The notes beneath the pieces were generated by a model that worked only from the letters and a program-made list of their open reading frames with translations, was not told where the DNA came from and did not search any database. Shown in pieces: positions 1 through 8,596 of a stretch of DNA of 37,406 nt. Source of the stretch: an uncultured Gammaproteobacteria bacterium (GTDB taxonomy: Bacteria > Patescibacteriota > Patescibacteriia > UBA1558 > 2-01-FULL-52-15). The position numbers and the translations under genes were made by a program. The DNA lies in NCBI GenBank assembly GCA_964402565.1, contig CAYOCJ010000002.1:475425-512830 (forward strand). The letters are read 5' to 3'. Each line of letters opens with the position of its first letter. Within the stretch, counting starts at the first letter, position 1.

Positions 1-2
1 CT

Positions 3-2744
3 GATCCTAACTACTCAGGCTCAGCCTCAGATACCTTGGTGATTGCAAAAGCATCTCAAACCATCACCTTCGACCCACTCACAGACAAGAACATTGGTGA
101 TCCAGACTTCAATGTATCTGCAACTGCAACCTCTGGTTTAGCTGTAACATTCACAGCTTCTGGCAATTGCTCGATGGCTGATGCAGACACCGTACATCTC
201 ACTGGCGTCGGTTCATGCACTATAACTGCTCATCAGGCTGGCAATGGAAACTACAATGCTGCAACAAATGTGCCACAGTCATTCAATATTCTTGATGGCG
301 AAGCTCCAGTGATCGCTTCACATACTGATGTCCCAGCAGAGGCAACCTCAGCTGCAGGTGCTGTAGTGAATTACACAAGTCCAACTGCATCTGACAATGT
401 TGACGCAAATGTAACCGTCTCTTGTCTTCCAGCTTCTGGCTCAACCTTCGTTATTGGCTCTACTGATGTAGCTTGCAATGCACAGGACTCAGCAGGTAAT
501 AATGCAACAACGACTCACTTCAATGTGATCGTCTCAGATACGACTGCCCCGGTTATTGCAGCACATACTGACATCACTGCAGAAGCAACTTCAGGCGCTG
601 GCGCAGCTGTAACCTATACTTCTCCAGCAACTTCAGATGCTGTTGATGGCGCTGGCGTAGCGACATGTCTCCCAGCATCAAGCAGCACATTCGCATTCGG
701 TGACACAACGGTGAATTGTAATGCAACTGATACTGCAGGCAATCCAGCGACAGCAACATCATTCAAAGTCACGGTAAAGGATACGACCATTCCGGTCATC
801 ACTAGACTTGGTGTGAGCCCGGTCACTGTTGAAGTCGGCAATCCTTACTCTGATTCAGGTGCTACAGCTTCAGATAATATTGATGGCAATATCACTGGTT
901 CGATCAATACGACCAACCCGGTAAACACTTCAGTCATTGCGACCTACACTGTCCGCTACAATGTAACTGATGCTCATGGCAACCCGGCAGCAGAAGTAAC
1001 GCGTACCGTGAATGTTGTTGATCATCCAGCCCCGGTCATCACCTCAGAAACTGCTTCAGGCGCGACAACCACTTCAATCACGATCACCTGGGATACCGAT
1101 CACCTTGCAACGAGCAGAGTCATCTATGACACGGTCCCGCATGCAGTACTCGGCGCGCCAGCAAACTATGGCTATGCATTCAGTACATTGGAAACCGACA
1201 CTAGTACGAAGGTTCTCCATCACAGCGTGACGGTGACTGGCTTAACACCAGGCACGACCTACTACTTGCGCGCAGTATCACACGGCTCGCCTGAGTCAGT
1301 GAGCTCGCAAATCACGCAAGCAACAAATGCCTTGCCAAAAGGCAGCTTGAAAGTGACAAAAACTGCGAATGGCGGCAATGCGATCTTCCCGATGACGTTG
1401 ACCCCAGGCTCGATCTTGCAGAATGTCACGACGGTTGGAGGTACTGGCTTTACGACCTACACTAACCTGACTCCGGGCAGCTATTCAGTAACTGAAAACT
1501 TGGCTGGTTTGCCAGGATGGCAGCAGAATTCAAATACCTGTAACTCAGTGAACGTCGTATCTGGCCAGGAAGCTACCTGCGTCATCACCAACACGTATAC
1601 CGCACCGACCGGCAGCTTGCTCGTCAGGAAGAACACGGTAGGCGGTAATGACACCTTCAACTTCACCGGCAATGCGGGTTCATTCAGCATCACGACCTCG
1701 AATGGCACTGGTACGAATAACCGCACCGGCCTAACGCCAGGTTCATACTCCGTTACTGAAACCGCGCAAAGCGGCTGGCAGAAGACAGGGGATACTTGCC
1801 AGAATGTAACTGTTGTAGCAGGCCAGCAGGCAACCTGTACGATCACAAATACGAAAGTAGTAGCCGGCAAAGGCAAGATCAAGGTGATCAAGAAAACCAA
1901 TTACGGAAATGGCACCTTCAACTTCACCGGTGATTTGGGTAACTTCAGCATCACGACGAATGAAGGAAGCGGCGATAAGACATTTAGCGACTTGCCTGCA
2001 GGCAATAGCTATAACGTGAATGAGACCGCGCCAGCAGGCTGGGTATTGAATTCAAACACCTGTCAGAATGTCGTGGTCGTAGCAAATCAGACCGTTGCAT
2101 GCATTGTGACCAACTCCAAGGTCACGCCTCCGAACGGCAAGATCAAGGGTGTGAAGTTCGAGGATCGCGATGGCGACGGCAGCCATACGGATGATGTAGA
2201 CCATCGCCTCTCAGGCTGGACTATCTATGTTGATACGAACAACAATGGTCAGCTCGACGGCACTGAACAGTCAACCATAACGAATGGCAATGGTGAATAC
2301 GAGCTAAACGGCCTCATCGCAGGAACCTATACGGTTCGCGAGGTCATGAAAACAGGCTGGATTCAGACCGTACCAGGAACCGGATCGTATTCCGTGACCT
2401 TGTATCCTCAGCAGATGACCATCTATCGAAACTTCGGCAACTTCAAGCTTGGATCGATCTCAGGCCAGAAGTATGAAGATAAGAATGGCAATGGCAGCAA
2501 GAATAACGGTGAGAACGGTATTCAGGGATGGTCGATCAACCTCTATAAAAATAATGTCCTGATAAGCACCGCGACCACTGATGCCAATGGTAACTACACC
2601 TTCGCAAACCTCGGGCCCGGCACCTACCGCGTCCGCGAGGTTCAGAGAAGCGGCTGGACACAAAAGAGCGTGAATCCGAATGATATCAAGCTTCGCTCAG
2701 GAGCTGCCGCAACCGGCAATGACTTCGGCAACAAGAAGAACTAG
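3..2744 (+). CDS. Large secreted/surface repeat protein, 5'-truncated by the window edge (2x HYR-like, Ig-like DUF5011-type, FN3-like, 3x prealbumin/SpaA-like, 2x SdrD-B/Cna-B-like repeats)
   Basis: The frame is open from nt 3 with no upstream stop, so the TTG at 36 is probably internal. Repeated 'DTTAPVI..H.D...EATS..GA.V.Y..P...D' HYR-like units. A 'G..YSDSGATASDNIDGNIT...Y.V.Y.VTD..GN' Ig-like unit. An FN3-like 'ITWDTD...TGLTPGTTYY' unit. Three 'G.L.V.K....G...F.F......LTPGSYSV.E....GW......C..V.V..G....C.ITN' units. Two 'G.K(F/Y)ED.(D/N)G(D/N)G...GW.I.........T.....G.Y.F..L..GTY.V.E....GW.Q' units. Confidence 0.8.
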   Translation, partial: DPNYSGSASDTLVIAKASQTITFDPLTDKNIGDPDFNVSATATSGLAVTFTASGNCSMADADTVHLTGVGSCTITAHQAGNGNYNAATNVPQSFNILDGEAPVIASHTDVPAEATSAAGAVVNYTSPTASDNVDANVTVSCLPASGSTFVIGSTDVACNAQDSAGNNATTTHFNVIVSDTTAPVIAAHTDITAEATSGAGAAVTYTSPATSDAVDGAGVATCLPASSSTFAFGDTTVNCNATDTAGNPATATSFKVTVKDTTIPVITRLGVSPVTVEVGNPYSDSGATASDNIDGNITGSINTTNPVNTSVIATYTVRYNVTDAHGNPAAEVTRTVNVVDHPAPVITSETASGATTTSITITWDTDHLATSRVIYDTVPHAVLGAPANYGYAFSTLETDTSTKVLHHSVTVTGLTPGTTYYLRAVSHGSPESVSSQITQATNALPKGSLKVTKTANGGNAIFPMTLTPGSILQNVTTVGGTGFTTYTNLTPGSYSVTENLAGLPGWQQNSNTCNSVNVVSGQEATCVITNTYTAPTGSLLVRKNTVGGNDTFNFTGNAGSFSITTSNGTGTNNRTGLTPGSYSVTETAQSGWQKTGDTCQNVTVVAGQQATCTITNTKVVAGKGKIKVIKKTNYGNGTFNFTGDLGNFSITTNEGSGDKTFSDLPAGNSYNVNETAPAGWVLNSNTCQNVVVVANQTVACIVTNSKVTPPNGKIKGVKFEDRDGDGSHTDDVDHRLSGWTIYVDTNNNGQLDGTEQSTITNGNGEYELNGLIAGTYTVREVMKTGWIQTVPGTGSYSVTLYPQQMTIYRNFGNFKLGSISGQKYEDKNGNGSKNNGENGIQGWSINLYKNNVLISTATTDANGNYTFANLGPGTYRVREVQRSGWTQKSVNPNDIKLRSGAAATGNDFGNKKN

Positions 2745-2768
2745 CGAGAACAGGTAGTTCCAGAAAAA

Positions 2769-2812
2769 GCCCTCCGCTCGGTCGCCTACTGGCGAGCCTC
2801 GGAGGGCTTTTT
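2769..2812 (+). terminator. Rho-independent terminator after the surface protein gene
   Basis: GCCCTCCG (2769-2776) pairs with CGGAGGGC (2800-2807). There is an inner TCGCC/GGCGA stem, a following TTTTT, and a preceding A-tract. Confidence 0.8.
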
Positions 2813-2829
2813 CGTGTATACTAAAGCAC

Positions 2830-3489
2830 ATGAAATTATATATTGTCCGCCACGGTGAAACCGATCTGAATGCCAGGAATATCATGCAGGGCCATGCTGA
2901 TGCCCCATTGAATACATTAGGAAAGAAGCAGGCACAGTTATTGGGCGAGCTTTTAGAGGTAGTTAATTTCGACATCGTCTATTCTTCTGATCTGAAACGA
3001 GCCAGGCAAACAACTGCTGCCATAATGAAGTACCAGCAATGCAAGGTGCAGTACATCAAGAAATTGCGCGAAGCGCATTATGGCATCTTTGATCGCAAGC
3101 CGTATAAGCTCATTGATGCATATTTCAGGGAAATGGAAAAGAAATTTCCGGGTAAAGAAAGGTATGAGATGAAGCCGCCGAAAGGGGAGTCTGGATTTGA
3201 AGTGCAGAAGCGCATCGTACAATTCGTCGAGTCATTGTACAGGAAGCATCCGAATGAAACGGTGCTTATCTCCACACACGGCCGCGTGAAGCGCATGCTC
3301 ATTGGCCATCTAACGCACGTACCGATGAAATCCATGCAGACGGTACAGCGTTTCCATAATTGCAGCCTTACCGTGGTTGAATTCGACAGAAAAAATGGCC
3401 ATCGTATCACGTTGCAGAACCATATCAAGCATTTATCGGTCCTGAACGGTTCATCGTACGTTTTTGAGAAGAAAAAACGTTCAACATAA
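2830..3489 (+). CDS. Histidine phosphatase family protein (phosphoglycerate mutase-like)
   Basis: The N-terminal 'LYIVRHGETDLN' RHG motif and a downstream 'STHGR' His motif are typical of the cofactor-dependent PGM / histidine phosphatase superfamily. Confidence 0.8.
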   Translation: MKLYIVRHGETDLNARNIMQGHADAPLNTLGKKQAQLLGELLEVVNFDIVYSSDLKRARQTTAAIMKYQQCKVQYIKKLREAHYGIFDRKPYKLIDAYFREMEKKFPGKERYEMKPPKGESGFEVQKRIVQFVESLYRKHPNETVLISTHGRVKRMLIGHLTHVPMKSMQTVQRFHNCSLTVVEFDRKNGHRITLQNHIKHLSVLNGSSYVFEKKKRST

Positions 3490-3545
3490 GCCCTGGAAAG
3501 CTGCCTGCACTGTGTATAACATTCATACTCAGACACAGGCGTTTT

Positions 3546-3554
3546 TGGTATACT
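3546..3554 (+). promoter_or_regulatory. Extended -10 promoter element (TGgTATACT) 6 nt upstream of the ATG at 3561; implies a leaderless mRNA
   Basis: The sequence TGGTATACT-gtacct-ATG has no Shine-Dalgarno motif between the box and the start codon. Confidence 0.4.
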
Positions 3555-3560
3555 GTACCT

Positions 3561-5315
3561 ATGTTTTATTTGGTAATTATTGTTGTTGGCGTTATCTTAT
3601 TTGGGCAGCTCAATTCTCGCGTCAGAACGCTAGAACAAATGATGCGCCAGATGCAGAAAAATGGGGTTCCCATGGGATCGCCGAAGCCGGTACAGCCAGC
3701 CTCAGTCGAATTCCAGATGCAAACAGCTCAGCAGCCTACACAGCCCGTATACGCACAGCCAGCCGGCCCTGATGCAAGCGCACGCCTTATTGCATGGATT
3801 CAGGAAGATTGGCTCCTTAAATTAGGAGCTTTGCTATTATTGATTGGTTTCGGCTGGTTTGTTTCGTATGCTTTCGCTCACAATTGGATAGGCGAGAAGG
3901 GCCGTATTATGCTTGGCTGCACTGTCGGTGTCGGCATTTTGATTTTTGGATGGTTCCGCATGAAGAAGTATATCAATCAAGGCGGAATTTTTCTGGCGCT
4001 CGGCTCGACGGTTATCATGTTAACGTTGTATGCAGCACGCGAGATGTATGATTTCTTTACACCTTCGTCGGTTTTGGTCGTCATGTTCCTGAGCGCTTCG
4101 TTCGTCACGTTGGCCAGCGTGAAGTATCGCTCACAACCGCTTGCGCTGACCAGCTTTATTCTGGCAGGTATTGCGCCGTTGCTGACGAATTCACCATCCC
4201 AGGATTATTTTGGCCTGTATTCATATTTGCTTATTGTCATAGCCGGCATGGTATGGGTTGTCGTTGCTACCGGCTGGCGTTCGCTCACGGTCGCAGCGCT
4301 GATCTTATTCTTTTTCTATAGTACGCCGCATCTGACCTTCAGTTCATACTACGGTTCAGCTTTTGATCGTCCGACCTTGCTCATGTTCGAATACGCAGTC
4401 GCAGCGATCCTGTATGTGACTACCATCATGGCCTTCCTCCGCAATAAAGCAGTGAAGCTGGGGCCAGATATGTTCGCTGCAGGCGGTAATGGATTATTGC
4501 TTTTGATCTGGATACTTGCTGCGGCTACGCCTGAGTGGAAAAGTCTCATCATTGTTGCATGGATGCTTGTTTTCATTCTTGGTGCATTCATGGTATTTCG
4601 CACAACCGGTGCTCGGGAACCCTTCTATATTTACGCAGCTGTCGGCCTCACCATGCTTGCATCGGCGACAGCAGTGCAATTCCATGGGCACGCACTAGTC
4701 ATTGCCTATGCAGTCGAATGCGTTGCTGTTGCACTTGCAACGTACTGGGTTTTGAAGGACGTTGTCTCAGCAGAGCGGACCAGCGTGTTATTGGTTGTGC
4801 CTTCGTTCATGTCGCTGACGAGCATTTATTCATATGCGTGGAATACTTCAGTATTCAATTCGGACTTCTTCGTATTGCTGGTGATGAGCATAATTTATTT
4901 TGGCATGGGTATTTTCTTCAGGGAGAATTATAAAATGGTTCCTGAAAAAAAAGATACGCGCTGGTACCCGACCTTATTGATCATTGGCTCGGCATATCTG
5001 TATGCGCTCATCTGGCTCGCCGTACACAGTGCCATGGAAAAGCCGGATGTAGCCACGACCTTTGCATTATTCCTCTATACCATTATCGGCATTAGCGCAT
5101 ACTTTTACGGCAAGTTCAACGAGCGGCATATCGTACAGTACTATGGCGGTGTACTATTAGGCTTGGTCGTCGTGCGTCTGCTGGCTGTCGATGTCTGGAA
5201 TATGGCGATCGCGGGCCGCATCACGACGTTCTTCCTGGTCGGCGCATTGCTCATGGGCACTGCTTTTATCGGGCGCAAACATGAAGCCCCGCGGGTTGAA
5301 AAAGTAAGCCAGTAA
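3561..5315 (+). CDS. DUF2339-like polytopic membrane protein
   Basis: An N-terminal TM segment, a Q/P-rich linker, then more than 12 hydrophobic segments. The architecture is typical of DUF2339. Confidence 0.6.
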   Translation: MFYLVIIVVGVILFGQLNSRVRTLEQMMRQMQKNGVPMGSPKPVQPASVEFQMQTAQQPTQPVYAQPAGPDASARLIAWIQEDWLLKLGALLLLIGFGWFVSYAFAHNWIGEKGRIMLGCTVGVGILIFGWFRMKKYINQGGIFLALGSTVIMLTLYAAREMYDFFTPSSVLVVMFLSASFVTLASVKYRSQPLALTSFILAGIAPLLTNSPSQDYFGLYSYLLIVIAGMVWVVVATGWRSLTVAALILFFFYSTPHLTFSSYYGSAFDRPTLLMFEYAVAAILYVTTIMAFLRNKAVKLGPDMFAAGGNGLLLLIWILAAATPEWKSLIIVAWMLVFILGAFMVFRTTGAREPFYIYAAVGLTMLASATAVQFHGHALVIAYAVECVAVALATYWVLKDVVSAERTSVLLVVPSFMSLTSIYSYAWNTSVFNSDFFVLLVMSIIYFGMGIFFRENYKMVPEKKDTRWYPTLLIIGSAYLYALIWLAVHSAMEKPDVATTFALFLYTIIGISAYFYGKFNERHIVQYYGGVLLGLVVVRLLAVDVWNMAIAGRITTFFLVGALLMGTAFIGRKHEAPRVEKVSQ

Positions 5316-5321
5316 TATGTT

Positions 5322-6542
5322 ATGAAAAAAATATTTTCAGTTCCGTCGATCGTTTTGTTTTTTATAGCATTGATCATAGTGATGCCGGCATTTTCGCACG
5401 CGCAGGATTATGCGTATCCGGCACAAGTGACAAAGCCAGTAGATAATCAATTCAGTTACAGCAAGGTAAGTGCATTTCGCAGTTATGGCGTTGTTAAAAA
5501 GCTTTCAATTACCGTTCCGACCATTGTATCAGTAGAAGTCCCTGAGACATTGCGTCCCGAGGTCGCCGTGGTTTCTACCTATGCTCAGAAGATAGAACCC
5601 TCCTATGTCAAGATGAGCACAGAGACTAAACCGATCGAGTTCAGTCTTAATTCCCGTACTTCTGCAGGGAGTACCTTAGGCATGGCGATTGATAAAAATG
5701 TGAATACGTACGCTGAGTTTCCGCTTACTCAACCAAATACGTCGATGGATGCTGATCTTACCATTTTTGGAGACGCACCTATAACTTCGTCTTCGATCAC
5801 ACTCACACTTGATTCCAACGTCGCACCGCCCATATATATAGAAATGACAACGCAAAAAAATGACTATAGCGATCCGCCGGTCACCGTGATAGCGCGACGC
5901 GCGTATACCGGCAATGTGATCCGTTTTCCTTCTACAACGGCTCAAGTATGGAATCTTGTATTGACCCATGATCAACCATTACGTATAGCAGAGCTAGAGA
6001 TTGCTCAAGCGAATGCAGAGCATACTTCCACCCGAGAAGTTCGTTTCCTGGCGCAGCCAGGTGAACTGTATGAAATTTTTTATGATTCTGATAGCCCGGT
6101 CAGTCTCGTTACTGCCGAAGCGGGTGATTTGAGTTATGTGACCGATGTTGTGCATGCAACGATGTCCATGGCAGTGAATCCGCAATATAAGCTTGCAGAT
6201 ACGGATAGCGATGGAGTTCCAGATGCAATGGATAAATGCCCCTCGATCGCTGACCCGAAACAAGAGGACCTGGACGGTAATGGCATTGGCGATGCCTGCG
6301 AGGACTTTGACCATGATGGAATCATCAACACCAAAGATAATTGCCCTGATAAACCGAATGTGAGCCAAGCTGACGCCGATGGCGACGGCATCGGCGATGT
6401 ATGCGATACGTTGGATAATCGTTTTACCGAACAGCATAAGTGGATTCCCTGGGTCGGCATTGGTTCTGCTGCAGTCGTGCTTATCGTGCTCTTTGGTCTG
6501 ACTGCGCGATCTATGACCATCAAAGACGGTAAGCCGAAATAG
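5322..6542 (+). CDS. Secreted protein with discoidin-like N-domain, thrombospondin type-3 (Ca-binding) repeats and a C-terminal TM anchor
   Basis: Signal peptide 'VLFFIALIIVMPAFSHA'. TSP3 repeats 'DTDSDGVPDAMDKCP', 'DLDGNGIGDACED', 'DHDGIINTKDNCP' and 'DADGDGIGDVCD'. C-terminal hydrophobic helix 'VGIGSAAVVLIVLFGL'. Confidence 0.7.
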   Translation: MKKIFSVPSIVLFFIALIIVMPAFSHAQDYAYPAQVTKPVDNQFSYSKVSAFRSYGVVKKLSITVPTIVSVEVPETLRPEVAVVSTYAQKIEPSYVKMSTETKPIEFSLNSRTSAGSTLGMAIDKNVNTYAEFPLTQPNTSMDADLTIFGDAPITSSSITLTLDSNVAPPIYIEMTTQKNDYSDPPVTVIARRAYTGNVIRFPSTTAQVWNLVLTHDQPLRIAELEIAQANAEHTSTREVRFLAQPGELYEIFYDSDSPVSLVTAEAGDLSYVTDVVHATMSMAVNPQYKLADTDSDGVPDAMDKCPSIADPKQEDLDGNGIGDACEDFDHDGIINTKDNCPDKPNVSQADADGDGIGDVCDTLDNRFTEQHKWIPWVGIGSAAVVLIVLFGLTARSMTIKDGKPK

Positions 6543-6587
6543 ACCATACAGTTTTTGCACCGCGTATCTCTTCGCGATCGACAAGGT

Positions 6588-6893
6588 ATGTCAAAGAAGT
6601 TTCAGAGAAGAATAGAGGATTTTGATTGCGAACATTGCCATACAAAAGTAATTGGTAATGGTTTTACGAATCATTGTCCGCATTGCCTCTGGTCCAAGCA
6701 CGTCGATAATAATCCCGGCGACCGGGAGGCAGAATGCGGCGGCATGATGGAGCCGATAGGGCTGACTATAGAAGAGAAACGCTACATTATTACCCATCGA
6801 TGCATACGATGTGCGAATGTGAAGCGCAATGGCGCGAACCGGCGGGATGAGATCGATGCTATTGTAGCGTTAAGCACCAAACAGCACGGTTAG
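6588..6893 (+). CDS. RNHCP domain zinc-ribbon protein
   Basis: Motifs 'CEHCHTKV...FTNHCPHCLWSKHVD' and 'CIRCANV' are present. The ATG at 6588 is preferred over the non-ATG ORF start at 6555. Confidence 0.65.
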   Translation: MSKKFQRRIEDFDCEHCHTKVIGNGFTNHCPHCLWSKHVDNNPGDREAECGGMMEPIGLTIEEKRYIITHRCIRCANVKRNGANRRDEIDAIVALSTKQHG

Positions 6894-6894
6894 T

Positions 6895-7362
6895 ATGTTT
6901 CATATTACCATCTTAGTTATCGGCAGCGTCAATCAAAAGTACCTGGCTGAAGGTATTAATTTGTATATGCTCCGTTTGAAGCCGTATGCAAGGGTAGGCC
7001 TTGAGGTGATACGCGAGGTGTCATTTGTCGGTTCGACGAGAGAGCAGGCAAAAGCAGATGAAGGTGCGCGCATCCTGAAGCATTTAGAGAAATACGCTGA
7101 TGCGGCTATTTATATTTTAGATGAACGCGGCGATGAATATACGTCGGTAAGTTTTTCAAAGGAGCTCGCGGCGGTGACATCAGGCCATATTGTTTTCGTC
7201 ATTGGCGGGTCACTAGGTCTTGATCAGAAAGTTCTGGACAGGTATCCAAATCATATATCGCTTTCTCAAATGACTTTCACGCATGAGATGACAGTGGTCA
7301 TTCTGCTCGAGCAGGTGTATCGTGCGATTACGATCATCAAGGGCAAGGAGTATCATCATTAA
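6895..7362 (+). CDS. rlmH: 23S rRNA (pseudouridine1915-N3)-methyltransferase RlmH (SPOUT)
   Basis: The 155-aa length, 'IVFVIGGSLGL' and the C-terminal 'LSLSQMTFTHEM..V.LLEQ.YRA..I..G..YHH' are typical of RlmH. Confidence 0.85.
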   Translation: MFHITILVIGSVNQKYLAEGINLYMLRLKPYARVGLEVIREVSFVGSTREQAKADEGARILKHLEKYADAAIYILDERGDEYTSVSFSKELAAVTSGHIVFVIGGSLGLDQKVLDRYPNHISLSQMTFTHEMTVVILLEQVYRAITIIKGKEYHH

Positions 7363-7364
7363 GT

Positions 7365-8030
7365 ATGGTTGATCTATTAAAACCAGCATTAGTTTTTGAT
7401 ATGGACGGAGTCATTATAAACTCCGAGCCTTTGCATGTGATCGCTGAACAAGAAGCATGCCGTATATTCCAGATACCGATCCCGCACTCGGAGTGGCGGC
7501 AGTTTAAAGGAAAGACGAGCAAGTCCATCTTCGAATACATCCTGAACAAATATACTGACGGTTCGATCGCGTATGATGATATTTTACGCGTTCGCAGGGA
7601 GATATATAAAAAACTTGTCGACGAACAGCTGGTTTTGGTCCCCGGTGTTCTTGATTTTTTGACCTTTGCGCGGTCAAGATATCCGTTGATAGCGCTTACC
7701 ACCTCGACAGCAGCAGTGACGCAACAATATATTTTTGATCAATTCGATCTTGCGAAGCATTTCGATACGATCATTACCGGCGATATGGTCAACAATGGCA
7801 AGCCCCACCCTGAACCATATTTGCTGACCGCTGAAAAGCTTGCTATCCATCCGTCCGGCATGGTGGTCATCGAAGATTCAGACAACGGAATACGTTCGGC
7901 GAAGGCAGCAGGTGCTTATGTTATCGGTATCACAACTTCATTTGAACCAAGCATTTTGAAAGACGCCGGCGCTGATATGATGGTCGAGAGCTTTGATCAA
8001 TTGCGCACTTTGTACCCTCCTGTGAGTTGA
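7365..8030 (+). CDS. HAD-superfamily hydrolase (beta-phosphoglucomutase-like subfamily IA)
   Basis: Motif I 'FDMDGVIINSE', motif II 'LTTS', 'GKPHPEPY' and motif IV 'IEDSDNGI'. Confidence 0.8.
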   Translation: MVDLLKPALVFDMDGVIINSEPLHVIAEQEACRIFQIPIPHSEWRQFKGKTSKSIFEYILNKYTDGSIAYDDILRVRREIYKKLVDEQLVLVPGVLDFLTFARSRYPLIALTTSTAAVTQQYIFDQFDLAKHFDTIITGDMVNNGKPHPEPYLLTAEKLAIHPSGMVVIEDSDNGIRSAKAAGAYVIGITTSFEPSILKDAGADMMVESFDQLRTLYPPVS

Positions 8031-8137
8031 CAGGTTTTGTTTTTCAGTTTAGGGTGACCGTACTATGCATTACATTGCGCGAAACACCAATAATACTAAC
8101 CGATTTCTCGACCGGTAGCTTTGCATTTTGAATAGAT

Positions 8138-8167
8138 GCGGGCCCCGCCGGTGCGGGGCCCGCTTTT
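8138..8167 (+). terminator. Rho-independent terminator
   Basis: A perfect 10-bp GC stem, GCGGGCCCCG / CGGGGCCCGC, with a 6-nt loop and a following TTTT. Confidence 0.85.
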
Positions 8168-8173
8168 ATATAT

Positions 8174-8248
8174 TCCGGGGTAGTTGAGTGGTACAACGCC
8201 ACGCTGTTAACGTGGATATCGCAGGTTCAAATCCTGCCCCCGGAGCCA
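8174..8248 (+). tRNA. tRNA-Asn (anticodon GTT), CCA encoded
   Basis: Hand-folded cloverleaf: acceptor TCCGGGG/CCCCGGA, D arm GTTG/CAAC, anticodon stem CCACG/CGTGG with loop CTGTTAA, T arm GCAGG-TTCAAAT-CCTGC, then G-CCA. Confidence 0.9.
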
Positions 8249-8286
8249 AACCAATCAACATCTCTTACGAGGTGTTTTTTGGTTTC

Positions 8287-8314
8287 TTGACATATACCCC
8301 CTGGGGGGTATACT
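8287..8314 (+). promoter_or_regulatory. Sigma70-type promoter (TTGACA-16 nt-TATACT) whose spacer is a CsoR-type operator palindrome (TATACCCCC-tg-GGGGGTATA, 8293-8312)
   Basis: A consensus -35 box sits at 8287-8292 and the -10 box at 8309-8314. The G/C-tract inverted repeat resembles known CsoR operators. The ATG at 8321 lies only 6 nt after the -10 box. Confidence 0.6.
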
Positions 8315-8320
8315 GATCCT

Positions 8321-8596
8321 ATGAAATACATGCATGATAAAAATAAGACAGTGGTTATCCGCCGACTGAAGCTCATAGAAGGCCAGGTACGCGGTCTTCA
8401 AAAAATGATCGAGAATAATGTATATTGCATCGATGTTATTACCCAAACCTCAGCTGTGAAGCAGGGACTTTCCAATGTCGAGGATTTGCTGATGGAGAAT
8501 CACCTAGGTGGATGCATCGTGCATCAGATGCAATCAGGACAAACCGCCAAGGCAAAGTCTGAGATATTGAAAGTATATAAACTTAAGAGGAAATAA
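8321..8596 (+). CDS. csoR: CsoR-family copper-sensing transcriptional repressor
   Basis: The 91-aa product contains '[17 protein letters not shown]....C.DV..Q..AV...L'. Cys ('YCIDV'), His and Cys ('HLGGC') candidates fit the x-C-H-C Cu(I) site. It overlaps copA by 1 nt (TAATG). Confidence 0.8.
   Translation: MKYMHDKNKTVVIRRLKLIEGQVRGLQKMIENNVYCIDVITQTSAVKQGLSNVEDLLMENHLGGCIVHQMQSGQTAKAKSEILKVYKLKRK

Noticed and set aside
2697-2975. A 92-aa minus-strand ORF spanning the terminator after the surface protein gene
   Set aside because: It crosses a strong terminator hairpin and overlaps the 5' end of the histidine phosphatase gene, so a coding role is implausible.
5994-6584. 196-aa and 137-aa minus-strand ORFs inside the TSP3-repeat gene
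   Set aside because: They are antisense to GAY-rich Asp-repeat coding sequence. The plus-strand product has a signal peptide, recognisable TSP3 repeats and a TM anchor. The antisense translations have no recognisable features.
8031-8137. Possible sRNA between the HAD gene stop and the strong terminator at 8138 (weak TTGTTT-18-TACTAT promoter-like sequence, 17-codon ORF)
   Set aside because: The simplest reading is a 3'-UTR of the RNHCP-rlmH-HAD operon ending at its terminator. The promoter-like hexamers are weak, and the mini-ORF has no SD.
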